Program-made: the position numbers and the translations under genes
Shown: piece after piece, positions 27,201-42,200 of the stretch
How positions within the stretch are numbered: position 1 is the first letter of the stretch
How the letters are laid out: every line of letters starts with the position of its first letter
Notes under the pieces: model-generated
What the model saw: the letters and a program-made list of their open reading frames with translations, nothing else
The model's database searches: none
Told to the model about the DNA's origin: nothing
Origin: Phoronis australis
Lineage: Eukaryota; Animalia; Phoronida
Reading direction: 5' to 3'
Assembly (NCBI GenBank): GCA_002633005.1
Contig: NMRA01000095.1
Coordinates: 906,518-961,204, forward strand
Length of the DNA stretch: 54,687 bases

Positions 27201-30200
27201 AAATTGAAATGAAAATTGATCTTGCATTTGAAGCTGTTGTTTTTCTATCAGTGAACCTTTCTTTTTTGCTAAATTTCTCTAAGACATGGTCACGTGACCC
27301 AATTAATGACAGACTGGTAAAAATTTAGAAATCAAATACTACAGGATTTCCCTTTTATTAGGTTTAAACCTTTTTTCTTAATGCATAGACATGCGGATAC
27401 GGTCCTACGTATTTTTAACAGTACGTGATGGTACACGTGGGAATTAAGAGCATCTGAAGAATCACACTCACTCACGTAATTCATATCTGATTTGTCAAGT
27501 TCCATACAGTGTAACTAACGTGAAATGTCAGCGCTACCGATCTCGTGTCTCCAAAATTGCCAAAGCGATACTTTGACGCTTAGGTAGAGTCTAAACTGAC
27601 CTGACCAACAGCTGCCGTCGATAACAGATTCCCAGCATCATCAGTAATAACACGGCTGCAGCAGTTGCACCTACCGCAGTACCTATGACGAGGTCATTTC
27701 CATTATCTGAAACAGAAATAAAGTGTTCATGTTTTAAAAAATTCCTCTTTATTACTTCAGCCCAGTGGTAAGACAAGAAAATAGTAGGCCAAGGATATTC
27801 ATGAATTGACTATTCATTGACTGAATTTCGGCTTGTCAGTGGTAATAAAAGTGGTATCTGGCATTCAGAAGGTGTTCTTTATATTCACCTAGTAATGGTG
27901 TTTGCGAGTGTGAGCAAAATATGGCACTGCGTCTATAAAAGCACGGGCTTGTGATGATAGTCGTAGATTGGACTGAACAAAACGTGGCGAAGGCATCTCT
28001 AAGCAGTCCAAAGTGTATTCAAAAAGAAAATTACTTGATGATAAGAAATCAGATGCCCATAACAAACACGATCACCATCAATCTCTTGACGATCATCATC
28101 AATCTCTTGATGTTCGATGCTCAAATGTGTTGAAATGTAAGCAATTACAGTTTCCATACCTTGCAATGTTACCGAAGTTTTCTGCTGACAACTCAATCGC
28201 TAATCAAATCAGAAGGCGTATTGGAGGAAAATTTTCCGACAATACACCCATGCCATTCATTCGAATAGAAACTTTCCATTTTTGAAATTATACTAGAAAT
28301 TACGTCACGGAATATTACTTCGCAAAAAATCCCGGGAAATTAAGTGACGACTGTAGTAATGACACGCCCGGGTGTATATTAGAGGAAACCAAATATACGG
28401 AGATACACGTCAGGGGTATGTCTTGGATTAAACTTTGATTCCCGAAAATGCCATTTTACATGAAACCATACATGTGCCGACGTTGTCTGCAGTCAACTTG
28501 CCTCTTTCGGTATCCGTACTCGTGTTTTCAAGTGCTGACGTCGTTTGTGCTGCAGTTAAGTCATTCTCAGTCGAAAATGTATCTTGACTAAAGACGGGAG
28601 TTGACAATTCGGTGACGATAGTGGCTTGTGGCGAATGCAGCGTAATGGAAGCAAGGGTCCCGTTTTCTTTTGGAGTGTTGCTATTACCTAGTGTGTGCAG
28701 CAGGTCTACAGCCGGTGTGGGTTGAATAAGCCAACTTGCGGGCGATTTTGTTGCAGAAACTCTACGAGATAAGCTTAGTCTTCGTATAGTTGATGTTAAA
28801 CTGTCCTCCAGTTCAATACTAGTTGGGCGAGACGCGCTAAGCCTTGAAGGATACGTCCATGTTGCTCTTTCGGTATCATCCGAGTTCATTTCAAGGAACG
28901 TACTTGATTCTTGGAAGGTTGTAACAATCATGATGTTAGGTGAGCTAGAAATAATTGAGTACTTTGATGATCCGTGTATATGGGCGGTCGTGCCGGCAGA
29001 TGGGGCTACTGTTTCAACTGATGCAGACGACGCTGCAAATTTCCATGAAGAACTACCCAACGACTTATCCCAGGAATCGTGGCGAATGCTTGTCTGTATG
29101 CCGTTTGTAACTGTCATAGTAGTGCCATCGAGTGAAGTGAGCGTATGTTCTGTTGATTCTACTCCTTTAGGTGACGGTTCGAACTGGTTTGTTGACTCAG
29201 TAACTAGGGTATTAAGCGCCGTTATTGAAGCAGAGTTCAGGGCAACATTGGACATCGTGAAGTCGGAACGCAGATCTCCACTTTTGCCGAGAGAAGAAGA
29301 TGGAAACGAGCTTGCACCAACATGGCTCGTGGGTATTCCTCCTCCCTCAATTGCAGAACTGGGTTGTGTATTTGGTGATAGAGTTGATTGCACGTTGAAA
29401 GTCACGTGGGATTGGTTTTCACGGACTGAGAAACTTGTGGCTGACTGTTGTCCTTCAACTGTGGATCCTTCAAGACTCGTGTGCATTTGTATTTCGATAA
29501 CAGAGGAACTTGTAGAAGTCCCCCGCGACTGGCCGCCGTCAACTGAGAAGCTAAATTTCGTTGTTTCGGCCGATGATGAGCTCCACGTTTGTGAAGATGA
29601 CGGCAAATATTGAAATGACGTCTCAATGCACGCTACGTTACATTTGCTGATAACACCACAGGTATTCAACTGCAAGAAAATAACGAGATCTATATTGACA
29701 TATTCAAGAGATTAAAGACGCCTTAGAAATAAACACTTACATGTAGCTAGAACATCCGGGCTATGGTATCTTGTCACGTGGTTTGATACTAAGTAATGTG
29801 TAACCTAATATTTACTCTTTTCTTCTCAGAAATCAGTCACTGATGGTTCGCAGAATTTAACCAACATTCTCCGTTTGAAAACCATTATGGACATTTTCTG
29901 GAAATGCCCTATAATACATAGGGCCTAAGCCACGAATCATTATACATCAACTTATCTTTTCACAAATTTCTCTTACGTCTGAATCATCTTAGTCTTCAGG
30001 CAGTTATACAGAATCTTACTCAATAGCATATTCGGCAAAGTTTAACTCACCTTCACGGTGCATGGCGGGTGTCTTCCTGTCGTGCAATCCATGCAGGTTG
30101 AGTCAAAGGGCACGACCTGGAGTGGCACACTTTGCGTGCGTCCATCATTACTAACAGAAACATCAAAGCCTAAGATATTACCATCAGCAACGTCTTTCGG

Positions 30201-33200
30201 TAAGATACAAACGACTCTGGCAAATGTTTCGAACACTGCCTCAGACGAAAACGTAGGCAACTGTGATGCATCAACTTCTGATGTCTGAAATTTGGAGAAA
30301 AAGTGGCTCACTTTTTCGCAAATTTACTGATGGGTGTCGACATCTCTCTACTTTCTTCATTTCAAACAACGTGATAAGTGTGTCATACATGTAAATGTAC
30401 GTACCGGCGTTTGCTTCAAACACACGCGGTTTTGCCAGAAACCATCTCAAACGCATAATTTAAAGATTTCATGCCTTGAAGAAACCGACTATGTCTTAAA
30501 GAACACATGAGCAAAACATTTTGTAACCTCCTTTCTACAGTAAGGTGATCTTGTTCGTAAAAGTAATCCACGATCTGTCAAAATGTCCTTCCAATTATGT
30601 CATTCAAGTTCGCACAGAACATTACGGGCCACGACAGGTGAAGGCGCGTAAATGAATGTAATCCCGTGTCGATAATGTGAATACGTCCATGCTAAAAGTA
30701 AATGCCCAGGTCAGTCTGGCGGTAAAAATATTGGGCAACTGGAATATCGGAGGCACAAACGACATTTTTGAAATTGTACAACTTGTTTGGTTTTTCGAGT
30801 CTTCCTCGCGGGGTCTTCAATAGCCTCATGACCCTGCCGAAAATTTCGCAGCTATAACCTCCACTTCCATCGTTTGCGTCTAGGAAGTATTTGGAGACTG
30901 ATCTAAATGTAAACTGGAGGGTCTCTTCACCGCATCCTGTTTTTAGTGAATAGCCAATGCCTGTCCGACAATGCTTTAATTTTACAAAACTTTTGTCGCG
31001 ACTTTGATTCAACATTCGTCTTTTTTCCTCAATCACCCAAGTACTTACCAGTCCAAAAGGTCTAAAATGACATGTGAGAGTTTTTGAATAGACGAAGTCG
31101 TAACCGACCACGAGAACAGCAGCACATGGCTCTTTGGTGACGTCACACAGTCCGCTCTTTGGGATGTAGTATGCACCAGGTGGCGTCATTGTTGATACAG
31201 AGCAGTCACTTCCAATGAAACCGTAATTGCATTGGCATGTTCCTGTAAAAGATAAATAAAACACTAGTGAAAAACTCTGGAGCCTGAACGCTAATATTCT
31301 ACCTATCACAAACGCATTCAAAATATGTTCACGAATTAAAAGCTCCTATTAAAATTCAGCGGGTGGAAATCCGTCACTTGGTTGGAATTAGTTAATGAGG
31401 CAATAGAACGTGTTAGCCAGCAATCTAGTCCGAGCATGTTAGTGCTAAAACTAGACCGCAGAAACGATGTTGTCGAGTCTACATTGTAGACTCGGCGGGT
31501 CAAGAATTCAACCCACTCTCAGAATCTCATGGCCCGTAGGAAATCTGGAATTGTACAAACAACGGAAGTGCCAACAACAAAATATGAAGAGCTACTTACT
31601 AACTAGCTTAGTGCAATTGTGAGTGCCGTCACTACCAGCGGTGCGACAAAGCAAGCTGTATGATTAGTTGACACAACTTTACTACTGACTAAGAAGTGCT
31701 CACGTGTCCGTGATAGTCACAATACTGGGACTAGACATGCTGTATCTGACAATTTTGTGATGCCTCAACACTAGAACTAATATTGTTTCGCAAACATTCT
31801 GTAAGGAACGAAACCTTTTGCTACAGCTAGAACATCAATTAGATTGGGTGTTTCAAAACTTTTATGCTAGTAATCGTCACTCCATTAGCCTCATCTGTAT
31901 ATACTTAATCATTATTTATGTGAATTATAGAAATTATAATTATTGTTAATTTTATTATATTTTGTTATCATTTTTATCATTGTGTTTGGTTGTTTGCTTG
32001 TTTTCAGAGGACCATGTGGTAGGTTGATACTAAACAAGTTTTATCATCTACAAATAAAATCACTTGTCTATCCATCTATACCATTTGGCACGTTTAAAGC
32101 TGTCGTACACTTTCACCGGTGGCTATGATCTGTGTAATGTTTTGAGTGCGAAACGATTGTACACAAACGCTCGTAGTTTGTGCTCACGAGTATTGAAGTA
32201 GAAATATCTCTTACCCTCAACACACTTGCCGTTACGCGTGCAATTGGATGGACACAAAACATCAGTAACGTCTTGAGGCAATGTCTGCCTATATCCACCG
32301 GAAGTTGGGTTAGAAACATTAATCCACGACGAAACATTTCGACGAAGTTCCAGCATACAATGCTGTTTCAAGGAGTCTGCAATAATGCTGGCTTTATTTA
32401 GATCACCTGTCATCTGAAATTAACAACATGTTGATTTCTTAAGTTAGCTAATATAGTACCAGCCTCGGAATACCACACAACAAACCCATGAAACTATATG
32501 AAGCAATAACGTCTGTAACACTAACATCTTACATGGCAGGGAAAGACGCGCTTCTTTTATACTTATCTCGGCATCTCGAAGTCCCGAGACAACTAAGTCG
32601 GGATTTTGCGATCCAGCGATAATTAAAAAGAAACGGTCGGTGTTTTTTCTCCGCCAAACAAAACAACCATGGAAGTGTAAGGCACTTTAACAGCTCCACA
32701 TGTAGGTTCCGACTGTGGTCCTTTATACACGTACGTCATCTCGTATACAGCAAAACACCAAAGGGACTTGTGAGTTGTGACACCTGACCACATGCTCACG
32801 CCTTCTCTGTATAATATTGTCAGAGTCCCAGTCGCAGGTTGTTGCAGATATTCTTTTATGTATCGGAAAACAGCAGTTGTCGTAGCCTCTTCGTCTATAG
32901 CTACACGTTATGTTGCAAGGAGTTACTTTACTAGCATAGAATTGGTATTGGCGTTTTATACAAATGTCAGTAACAATCGGAGACGAACGACTCTCACAGC
33001 ATTACATAGACACACTTAAGAATGTCTCGTGAGATTCCATACTATATTGGTACTGTTTCAGCAGAGTGTTGATAGAGCAACCAATGGTTCACCTCAGATA
33101 CAATAATTAGTAATACGTCATATAACCAATTCACATCATTTTAGAAAGTTTCGCGTCAGAATTAAGAAAACTCAGTACCCAGCAGGTAATTTGCCGGCGA

Positions 33201-36200
33201 TGTCATGTGATTCAAACGTTAGGTCATATTCACTTTTTGATATCTGATAATGGTCCAGTAGCATCAGTCAACACTTTACAACTTGTCCTACGTCACCACC
33301 GTATACTAGACCGAATCTGAACAAGTTTAAAAGAGCAGTCCTTTTATTAAGTATACAATTCCAAACTTGACATTCATTATCACCTTGTGAACCATTAGTG
33401 TAACTTGAGTTTCACAGACTCTTGGCGCATTAGTGCTTCACAGGAAATGACTGAAGTAGATGGTAATGATAGGCAAATTTAGAAATAAGGGTTACTTGAT
33501 AAGAAGCTACATGTATTACGAAGCACGTAACTATGGTTACTACGGTCAAATTCTTATTTCTATTCAACTGACCGATAGGTAGTGTAGACGTCTAGCCAAT
33601 AGCACGCGTACAATACAAACAATGAACAACAACTGAAGGTCACCTTAACAGTCTCTACACAAAACTCCAATTTGTCCGTAACGTCAACAAACTGAACAGC
33701 GGAACATCTCATCCCCAATTCGCTCTTAATAAGTACTTCTTCGCAAGCCCGCCTGGTTTCAGCCTCAGTCAAACCGCTTCTCAAAGGCCAGGAAAGTGTC
33801 TAAAAAACACAGAGGGTTATTGGTATAAATAACTTATGTATAACTCTGGTTCCCACACTATCTGTTGGCTACATCACGTGGCAGCCAGGATTCCTTCTAT
33901 AGCGTGCGATCATGTCTTGTTAATGCACGCGCGACAGAAGCCATGTTTGACGTTTGGTATACGCGAACACGATATTTGACACCTTAATCTTTTGTCTCGG
34001 AGATATAATTGGAACTAACATACCGCGGTACCATGGTGGTCATAGGATATTGGATTTAAAATAAAAAATAATTGCAGGCGGTCTGATACACGTTGTACCA
34101 GACGTGCGCAGGCCTCGCATGTGGGCCCATTGCACTGATCACCTGGAAATATTTTTATGCTTTATTGATATATGGTTAAAATCGAGCTGAGGAGCTAGAA
34201 ACCTGGCTCAAGGGTTTAGCAGTGTGTGGTGGGACTTCAACCCACGACCTCGAGTAAAGAAAGCGGGCATTTATCAACCAGGCCACACTGCCTTCTCTGG
34301 ATAATTGGATTTCCATACATTACTGACCACTCACGGCTTCAAACAAAAATGGTGTCCGGACTATTTACAATGAATGTAATTTTTGCGACTTTAGGGATAA
34401 TGAATCGGTGTATAAATGTTAATTCAACATGTTTTGGAGTCACATTAATCCCAATTGTATACCATGTAATATAACGCACTTAGCAATCAAAACATATAAT
34501 ATATTATTTTTCTTTGGATTTTTTGAAAGATTTCAAGTAGTATAAAATGCGCTAATCCTTTCTTAAGTCTTTTAGTGGTTTCCACAAACAATAAAAGCCC
34601 AATCGTTTTTTTTTAAATTGGTCTAGAAAATTAAATGACACACCTGTGCACGGTAAGATGCATTGTACGTGTAAGTTGAAGGTTGTTGCTCGTCGTCAAT
34701 ATAGGCAATGTTCGATGCGATGCTTCTGCGCATTCTGCAACTTTCGGTGTGGTGCACTGTGATGTCACGCACCGACGAGACTTCTGGTGGGTAGCAACTC
34801 TCCACATGCCCCAGGCGATGACAACTCGGTTTCGTTGGACCATGGCAGTTGCAGTAAAGGTTACCTAGATCAGGTGGTAAATACTTCGTCTTGTCGAATG
34901 TGTAACGGTACAAACTGCGATCGATGGTAACCCTGTCAACAGCAGAAGATAATTATCTGGTTTGTAGGAAAATCACATGCACCCATTCCAACAAAATATT
35001 TTCGAACGAGTCCACTGAAAAGCGTCCACCATGCCTCATTTGAAAACAATGCTAAAAAAGTCCTCTTTCAGAAACCTGGAACATTGTGGAAAATGTGGAC
35101 AAGATGTAAATATTTCATAATTGATGATCTCTAAATGAAGGACAACATACAAAAAGTTGACCGTTTGTCAACAAAGGCGTCGCCAGACATTGCAAAACGC
35201 ATACCTGAAACCCTTTGAAGCTGTGTCTTTTCGAAACACAACCCTAGTTAAGCAAAAGCACAATGCAACATACGATGGTTGATTTTTCTCATTACATGTT
35301 TGGCATGTTAAAAATACCCCCTTGCAGTATAACTTAAAACCCTTATTGTTGAATGAGGGAGCTGTGAGGGGCAGTAATAGTTTCTAAAAAAGCACCACTT
35401 TTTCGGGATAGACCAGTGCACTTGGGGCTGCTTTTGGACGCAAAGTCAATCCGTGAAAATGAACGGTTCCATAGGAGGCTCGTTCGGAAAGCCACGACAA
35501 GGGTTCATGAATCAGGATATTAAGAGGCATATTTCTTACCGTGAGCGTTAACCAACGCGAAATAATAAAGAATCACTTCGCATCACGCACTAATTCACAT
35601 CACGTGATCGCCGTCTACTGCCAATACACGCGTCCACACACGGTTGCGAGTGATGCACGCTTAGCGCGTGCGTAATAAAGTAGTAGAGAACTAAAAACAC
35701 GTAGAGAAATAAAAACATTTTTACTGAGTGCAATCTATGGAGACTCGAAGATAAAAGCACATTTATCCAAATCACGAGTAAATGGCGAAAAAAATGATCC
35801 TGGCTGACAATGACATTAACATCTTACAAAAGGTTCCGAATTCGGCCATGGGTGGTTTTACGGAAGAGAAATTAGTTCGCACCAATCTTGATTATGTTGG
35901 AAACTGAATAATCGTAACCTGTTGACCTTCCAGGAAGCCTTACTCTCCTGCCCACTTTGATGGGGAGCAGAGTCATACGAATAGTTTTTTTATCAAATCA
36001 AATATTCAGGATGGTGGACGTGGAGGAAACCGTGGACTGATGAGTATCAGCCTGCGTATTTACGAGATCGATTTCTAATGTAAGCATCATTGCGGAGTAA
36101 CGCATACCGTTACTGACGTTACAAAGGCGGGAGGTTTTTTAAATTGAATATAATGATTTTTGTTGCTGTCGACTCAGTGCTTGATAAAGTGCAGAAGGAG

Positions 36201-39200
36201 ATGGAGTTGAGATGTTCCTACCACAACGGTGTCCACGTTCATGCAGCAGAAGAGACACTTCGGTGCTAGGAATGGAAATGATATTTTATCGTGTAACAAT
36301 AAACGAATGGAAGTCAAGGGAGCAGGTAATGCTGTTATCGTGCCAATGAGGGCGCTTTTCTTAAAATGAATCGGCTGGAAATTGAAAAGTCACGAAGAAA
36401 TTTATACGCAGAAAATCGAGCCCCACCAAGGCCTACTTGTAAATTTCATACTAATATACTATCATTCTAGAAATACACGACGGACAGAAATGTTTGATTA
36501 CGAACTGAAACGTTGTATTTTAAAGTTGTCTAAGTTCATGATTGCTTTCAGTCGGACTGTTGAAAGATAATAACGACTTCATGTGTTTCACAAGCTTGAG
36601 TGTAATCAAAACGCAAGAACCGAAAATAGTAAGACTCGTAATCTTGAAAGCTTTAAAACGATTAAACTGCACATGAGTTACATTTGCATTGAACGCTCTT
36701 GTGTATTTTGGATGTTCTCAACCGCCGTAACGTATTGGACAACTTACATGTAGCAATGAAACGCAGACTGGTGAAACGGTTCCATGTCGTGCATCTTAAT
36801 TAACAGTTTGGTCCTTTAAACCCCAAGGGCAAGGCGTGTGTCCTTGATAATGGATTTTGATAACCGCATAATAGGGATAATTTTCGGCCCGTTTTCGAAG
36901 TTCAAGAGCGTGTAGGATTCTAGGCATGTGTACCGCGGGTTTGGCTTCTGTGAGTCCTGGTGCGGAATGTAGAGGATGGTAACGGAAATTTAGACTCAGA
37001 ATGGTATGGGATCGTTTCCGCAAACTGAAACTACTTCCATTATACATGACATACTATCAAAGGCTAGACTTTCCACCAAAGCTCTGGGACGGATACGTAC
37101 CACAGACACTGCAAGGCCCCTTGCAGTCAACAATGCATTACGGTTACATGTATGGACCATGCAAGTAGTCTTGAAGTACAACTACAAAAAAGTTTCAACT
37201 ATCTCTACTTGGCTCACTGAAGTAGCGAATTTACACCATTTGCATTACCTGAATGATGTAATGAAATCCTTATATTCCCTTAATGGTGGTCTTTGGGTAT
37301 TCTCAGCCCTGATGCATTCATCTGCCTGACCAACAGAGGTCGTGGAACCCTTAGCACGCAGATCGTCCATGCAGTTCTTGTTAAACAGACCACATAGGCC
37401 TTCTGTTTGTTGCCAATCAAGTGTCGAAGGAAACATGAACACGCTCAGAGAGTCACCCACTGCAAGGACCTCGACATAGCCACCCGTTGGCAAGAATATC
37501 TAAAAAAGGACTTGCATTTTAGTGACAGTGTGAAACATATCTATAAATTGATATGAAATTTTGAAATGCTTTGCTTTATGCACTGTCCGCTATTTCAGAA
37601 ATAATTTTATTAAAATGGTTGACATTTTTGGAAGAGGAGCTATAGATAGAAAATTTAAGGAAAACATGCTCATTTAGAAAACTGTATCTGCGTTTTTGAT
37701 ATTTTTATACCATACATTATTTGCTCATGTTATTGATCATGTTGATTTGCTATGAAAATTCTTTTTTCTACTGAATTTTACTACATGAAGAATGCTCGCG
37801 TGACCAAACTTATGACGGATTCAAGTAAAGTTAAAAATCAAATTCTATGTAATTTCTACCTTTAGAAAATATCACCTTTTATTGAGTAAAATTTTATAGT
37901 TTTGAAGATAAGTTAGCTAATTGTGCAGCCTTATCGACCACGTTCTACATAAGCTTCAGTGTATGTATACATCGCGTTACGCTACGCTCACTATAACCCT
38001 AAATTGCTATTAAGATTTTTAACAGAAGAGACATCACTTCATTAACGCCACCTGGTGAATATCAAAGTTTCTAATTGTGGAACAGGTTTGAGAATGCATT
38101 TCGATCTGTTTAGCTCGCATTAAACAACTTCAGCTCATAAAACCGGCCTCATATGAGGCCTTACCATGGTGGGACTTTAGCTCCGTTACCAATGAGAACG
38201 GTAAAAACCATCATCAGATAGTGTGAGCTTTTTGTTCCGATAACTTATACTTTTACTCGAACACTGATGTTAAAAGAATAAGCAACAATTATCTTTAAAA
38301 TGTGTGTGAGATTTGACTTTAACTGCCACTTTTCCTAATCGAAAGTTGAAAATCTGTATTATTAATTTGAGTGATACTTAGTCGTTTAAGTGCCTTGATA
38401 GTTGATTTTTCAGATAAAGTGACAACTTCGACTTTTGAAAAGGACTAGGGTATGGTTACCGACCATTCACATTATATACAGTTGGTATAGTCTGATAGTA
38501 CCCACATTCTCATAAAAATATGTCAATAACGAGGTTTCAAAGAACTGAGTTGCTGAGCCAGGGTTGCTTACAGCAAGTGCATTGAATTTCAAAGCATCCC
38601 CGAACTCGGGCGCCGGCTCTTTGATCGAGAGTGAAAAACAGACGAGCTGGGTGTATAATTTTGTGGTTATTGTCAAAAGCCAAAGCTCTGATTAATAACA
38701 GATGTCACTTTATCCGAAAAAGCCACTATCAAGGTACTCAAACGAACAAGTATAACTCAAATTAATAAAAGAAAATACAAGTCTATCCGCCATTTTATAC
38801 GTAGAAAATTTTCATTTGCACCGTCTTACGACAATGTCGTAAACACCGATCACGTGGTGCTACAGGTAAAAGTAAAAGTTTATTAGAATCTCACACTCTC
38901 TACTCAAGAAAACGATTTAACTGTTTACGGGGTTGACCACCATGAAAATTAGGATGGGACGAATTTGGTAATGCTTACAATCCCAAAGTTCTTATGTTTA
39001 AAACTCAAAATTGAGGAATTATCAGCGGCGAAATTATCCATTAAAATTTGCATAAAAATGTAAAGTTATTGAATCACATTTGCTCAGTCAAAAGCGGAAA
39101 AAATCTTTTGTACTGTCTACCTCAGTATCGTATTCTTAAGTAGATCCATAACAGTACAAGGACTTTATAGATGACACAAACCCATTCCCGACTTCTACTA

Positions 39201-42200
39201 AGTTCAAGCAACCATGGAAAATATTAAACGCAATTAATGTTCAAGCATGGCCAATATTTCTTAAACTGGCATAATAACGGTTACATATACAGGCTGCAGG
39301 TAATTCTACCTTGGAATAAATACGGCAACTCTTCAATAAACGAGTCCATATTAAAACGTATAAATAGGGGCCTATTCGTCATGGTTTCACTTTTCAAACT
39401 GTGAGTCACCTCATAACCTCTGCCGTCATTCTTCTGCAGGAGTCTCAAACTGCCTTGTATGAAGTCACAACCTGTCTGGATCACCTTCAGTTGAGGCTTC
39501 CGGGAGGGATCGCTGACCGGAAGACACATATCAATCACGATGCCGTCGGTGGCCGACATTATGGCTACGGCGCATGTGCACGTTCTGCTAGAGCCACACT
39601 GGCGTTGAAAAACATTGATCTGAAGTATTTATGTAAAAGTTACAAATTCGTATCGACAAATAATTGGACTCAAAATATAGGCCAACTTTCACGGAACTGA
39701 AGTCATAAAATAAAACAACAGAAAAAACTCATGACTTGAAATTTTATTAAAATCTTATTTGTAGTCGAAAAAAACACAAATACGTGGCAATAAATACAGA
39801 ATTGGCTGAAGAAACCGATAACTGATGAGCACCTGTAATAGTATGATGGCTTATCAATTTGTTCCTAGAAAAACGAATTTCATTAATTAAACTAAGAGGT
39901 GTTGCAGGTGAACCAATAAAGTAAATATTACACCAAGTGCGTGCGTCGGACGGATTGTTACGCGAAGTTGTTGTACGCAGAATGAACAAACTTTATTCGT
40001 CAAAGATTGATGTTATTGAGGTGTGCATAATTTTTTCAATTCAAAATTATTCTATTCAGTTCATATAAAGAATGTTTTTTTAACAGGCTAAACATAGGCA
40101 ATATGCGTCACTTAATTTCCTCGTTCTTTATTCGCCGTGTATTTATTCGCATTATGAGCCCACAACGTCAAGAAACGACAATGTTGATTAAAAATTTCCA
40201 AAACTCGTATGAATAGCGGTAACGCTTAAATCAAAACAAGGAAATAAAATAGCCAAAGTGTCGACAAGAACGCCTGCGCAAATAAAAACCGCTTTAAGAA
40301 TGAACAAAAGCCTAATGCAAACATTCAACCATTGTGTAACAGCTTGAATAATACGGGGTCTGAAGAACTGACCTTTTGAATTTCATTGAAAGTACTTAAG
40401 GAAATAAACGCTCACCTGAAAGGCTCTTTTCTTGTTTCTGTATAGAATGAATTCACCTTCTTCTCGTGCTAAATATATGCTGCAAAAATTTCAAAAGCAC
40501 CAATGAGGAAATACACTAAAACAGATGGGACAGCATTAAAATACTGTTGACATACGTCTTCAGGAACCCAAGGAATCTAATACGACGCCCTTAGGATTGA
40601 AATATAACCAAATATACGTAAACCAAGTATTTTATTATAATGTTCAGATATAATTGTGAGAAAAGTGGAATCCATCAGTTATCTTATAATGAGGATGGTT
40701 TCATGATTGAATTTAGAGTTTTAGATACTACCAGGAAGACATTCGTCGTGGTAATACTTGCAAAGGATTTTAAATCTGCCGTCAAGTTTATAAAATGGAC
40801 ATTTAAGGGTGTTGAGCATAGTGGCCACTGTCACTGAATTTGCTGAAATTTGTATTACACATGTTCCTGGCGTTTTTGAAAAAGAAACAGAAATCCAAAG
40901 AAAGCCAAATTAAAGTCACGTAAATTGCTAAAAAAACGTCTGGGCTTCATGCTTGCTATTCAATGCTGCAAATGGTACAGGGACCAAGTACTCAAATTCA
41001 CATTAAAAATAAAAATTTATACGCAAACAAAGACACTGAGGTTATGACTTTAAATTGGCACAGATTCGTCACTGTTCTCCCTACTCACGCTTAACGGTAA
41101 GATACTGTGACTGGGTGCGCATCAGTCTGATCCAGGTACTAAACTGTCGGCTCTACCATGTTTGTAACCCTTTCGTGACCATAAGACTGGGCAAAAATAT
41201 GTTGTCAGTGTTTTCAGTGTTTTTAATTGGTCCTTGAGCACTCGTGTCTCTGTTGCCATGTTAGTGCGTCGAATATACTGTAGGCGCATGGGATTAGAGA
41301 GGCGCATACTTGTACATATACACTGTAAAGATGAATGTCCTAAGCTCATTATCAATTGTTATCCATGGAACTCTGCATTACAACAATCTGCGTTAAGTTA
41401 CATGTCTACGTATGTACTGAGTTGTGAAGTCAAACTACATTAACCCACATGTAGGTGAGCATGAGTGAGAAATTTTATATTCAAAATGTTTCCTGAGCTA
41501 ACATGATTTACTTACTGTCCATCAAACGTAGTGACAAAGGAGCCCGGTAAGATTTCACATCTACTCGCGCTCATTTCAAGATCTTTATCCACAATTGTTA
41601 CCTGCAGTAAAACGATAAATATACGTAAGACAGACAAAAGCCTACTTCGGTTTCGTGCACATTTTCACGGCGAAGTGCGCGTCTGCTTATTATCTACAGT
41701 AGGAGACATGAGAAACGAATAACTTTGAAACCCTAGTATGCACCTACCGAGCCGTGAGCGCAATGGTACATAACGCAACCTATTAGGTAAATTTTTCAAC
41801 CACAAAATAGACCACGAGTTGTGCTGGGGTGACGGAACTGAGATCGCAATGAATTCTCCCTGACTGCAATTAGGAACACATTTTAGCAAACACAGCAACC
41901 GGACTCATACCATCAGAAATACTTTTTTATGTTCGATGTCGATTCGTAGATCTCACAAAAGGCTAATTTGAATTAACTGAGAAACAGCTACTTGGTATAA
42001 ACATTTGTACGCGCTTAAAAAGCAAGATTCTCAGCTGACTAAGTGTAGGTTTTCCAAAATTTATCTCTTGGAAATGCATTTTACGAGGCCCACTGTCCCC
42101 AACTGTACGCCCTGGCTTGCAGAAAAAATCTAAGAACATTTTGACTCGACAAAAATGTACAGGTCTACGGAAATCACTGACCTGGAACGACTCCTTGTAC

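Noticed and set aside
28930-29613. 227-aa plus-strand ORF
   Set aside because: Antisense shadow of the S/T-rich mucin exon; no recognisable motif.
31200-32260. Enzyme-substrate link between GXYLT and the neighbouring EGF-containing protein
   Set aside because: The EGF (CPSNC) lacks the O-glucose consensus C-X-S-X-P/A-C; adjacency alone is not evidence.
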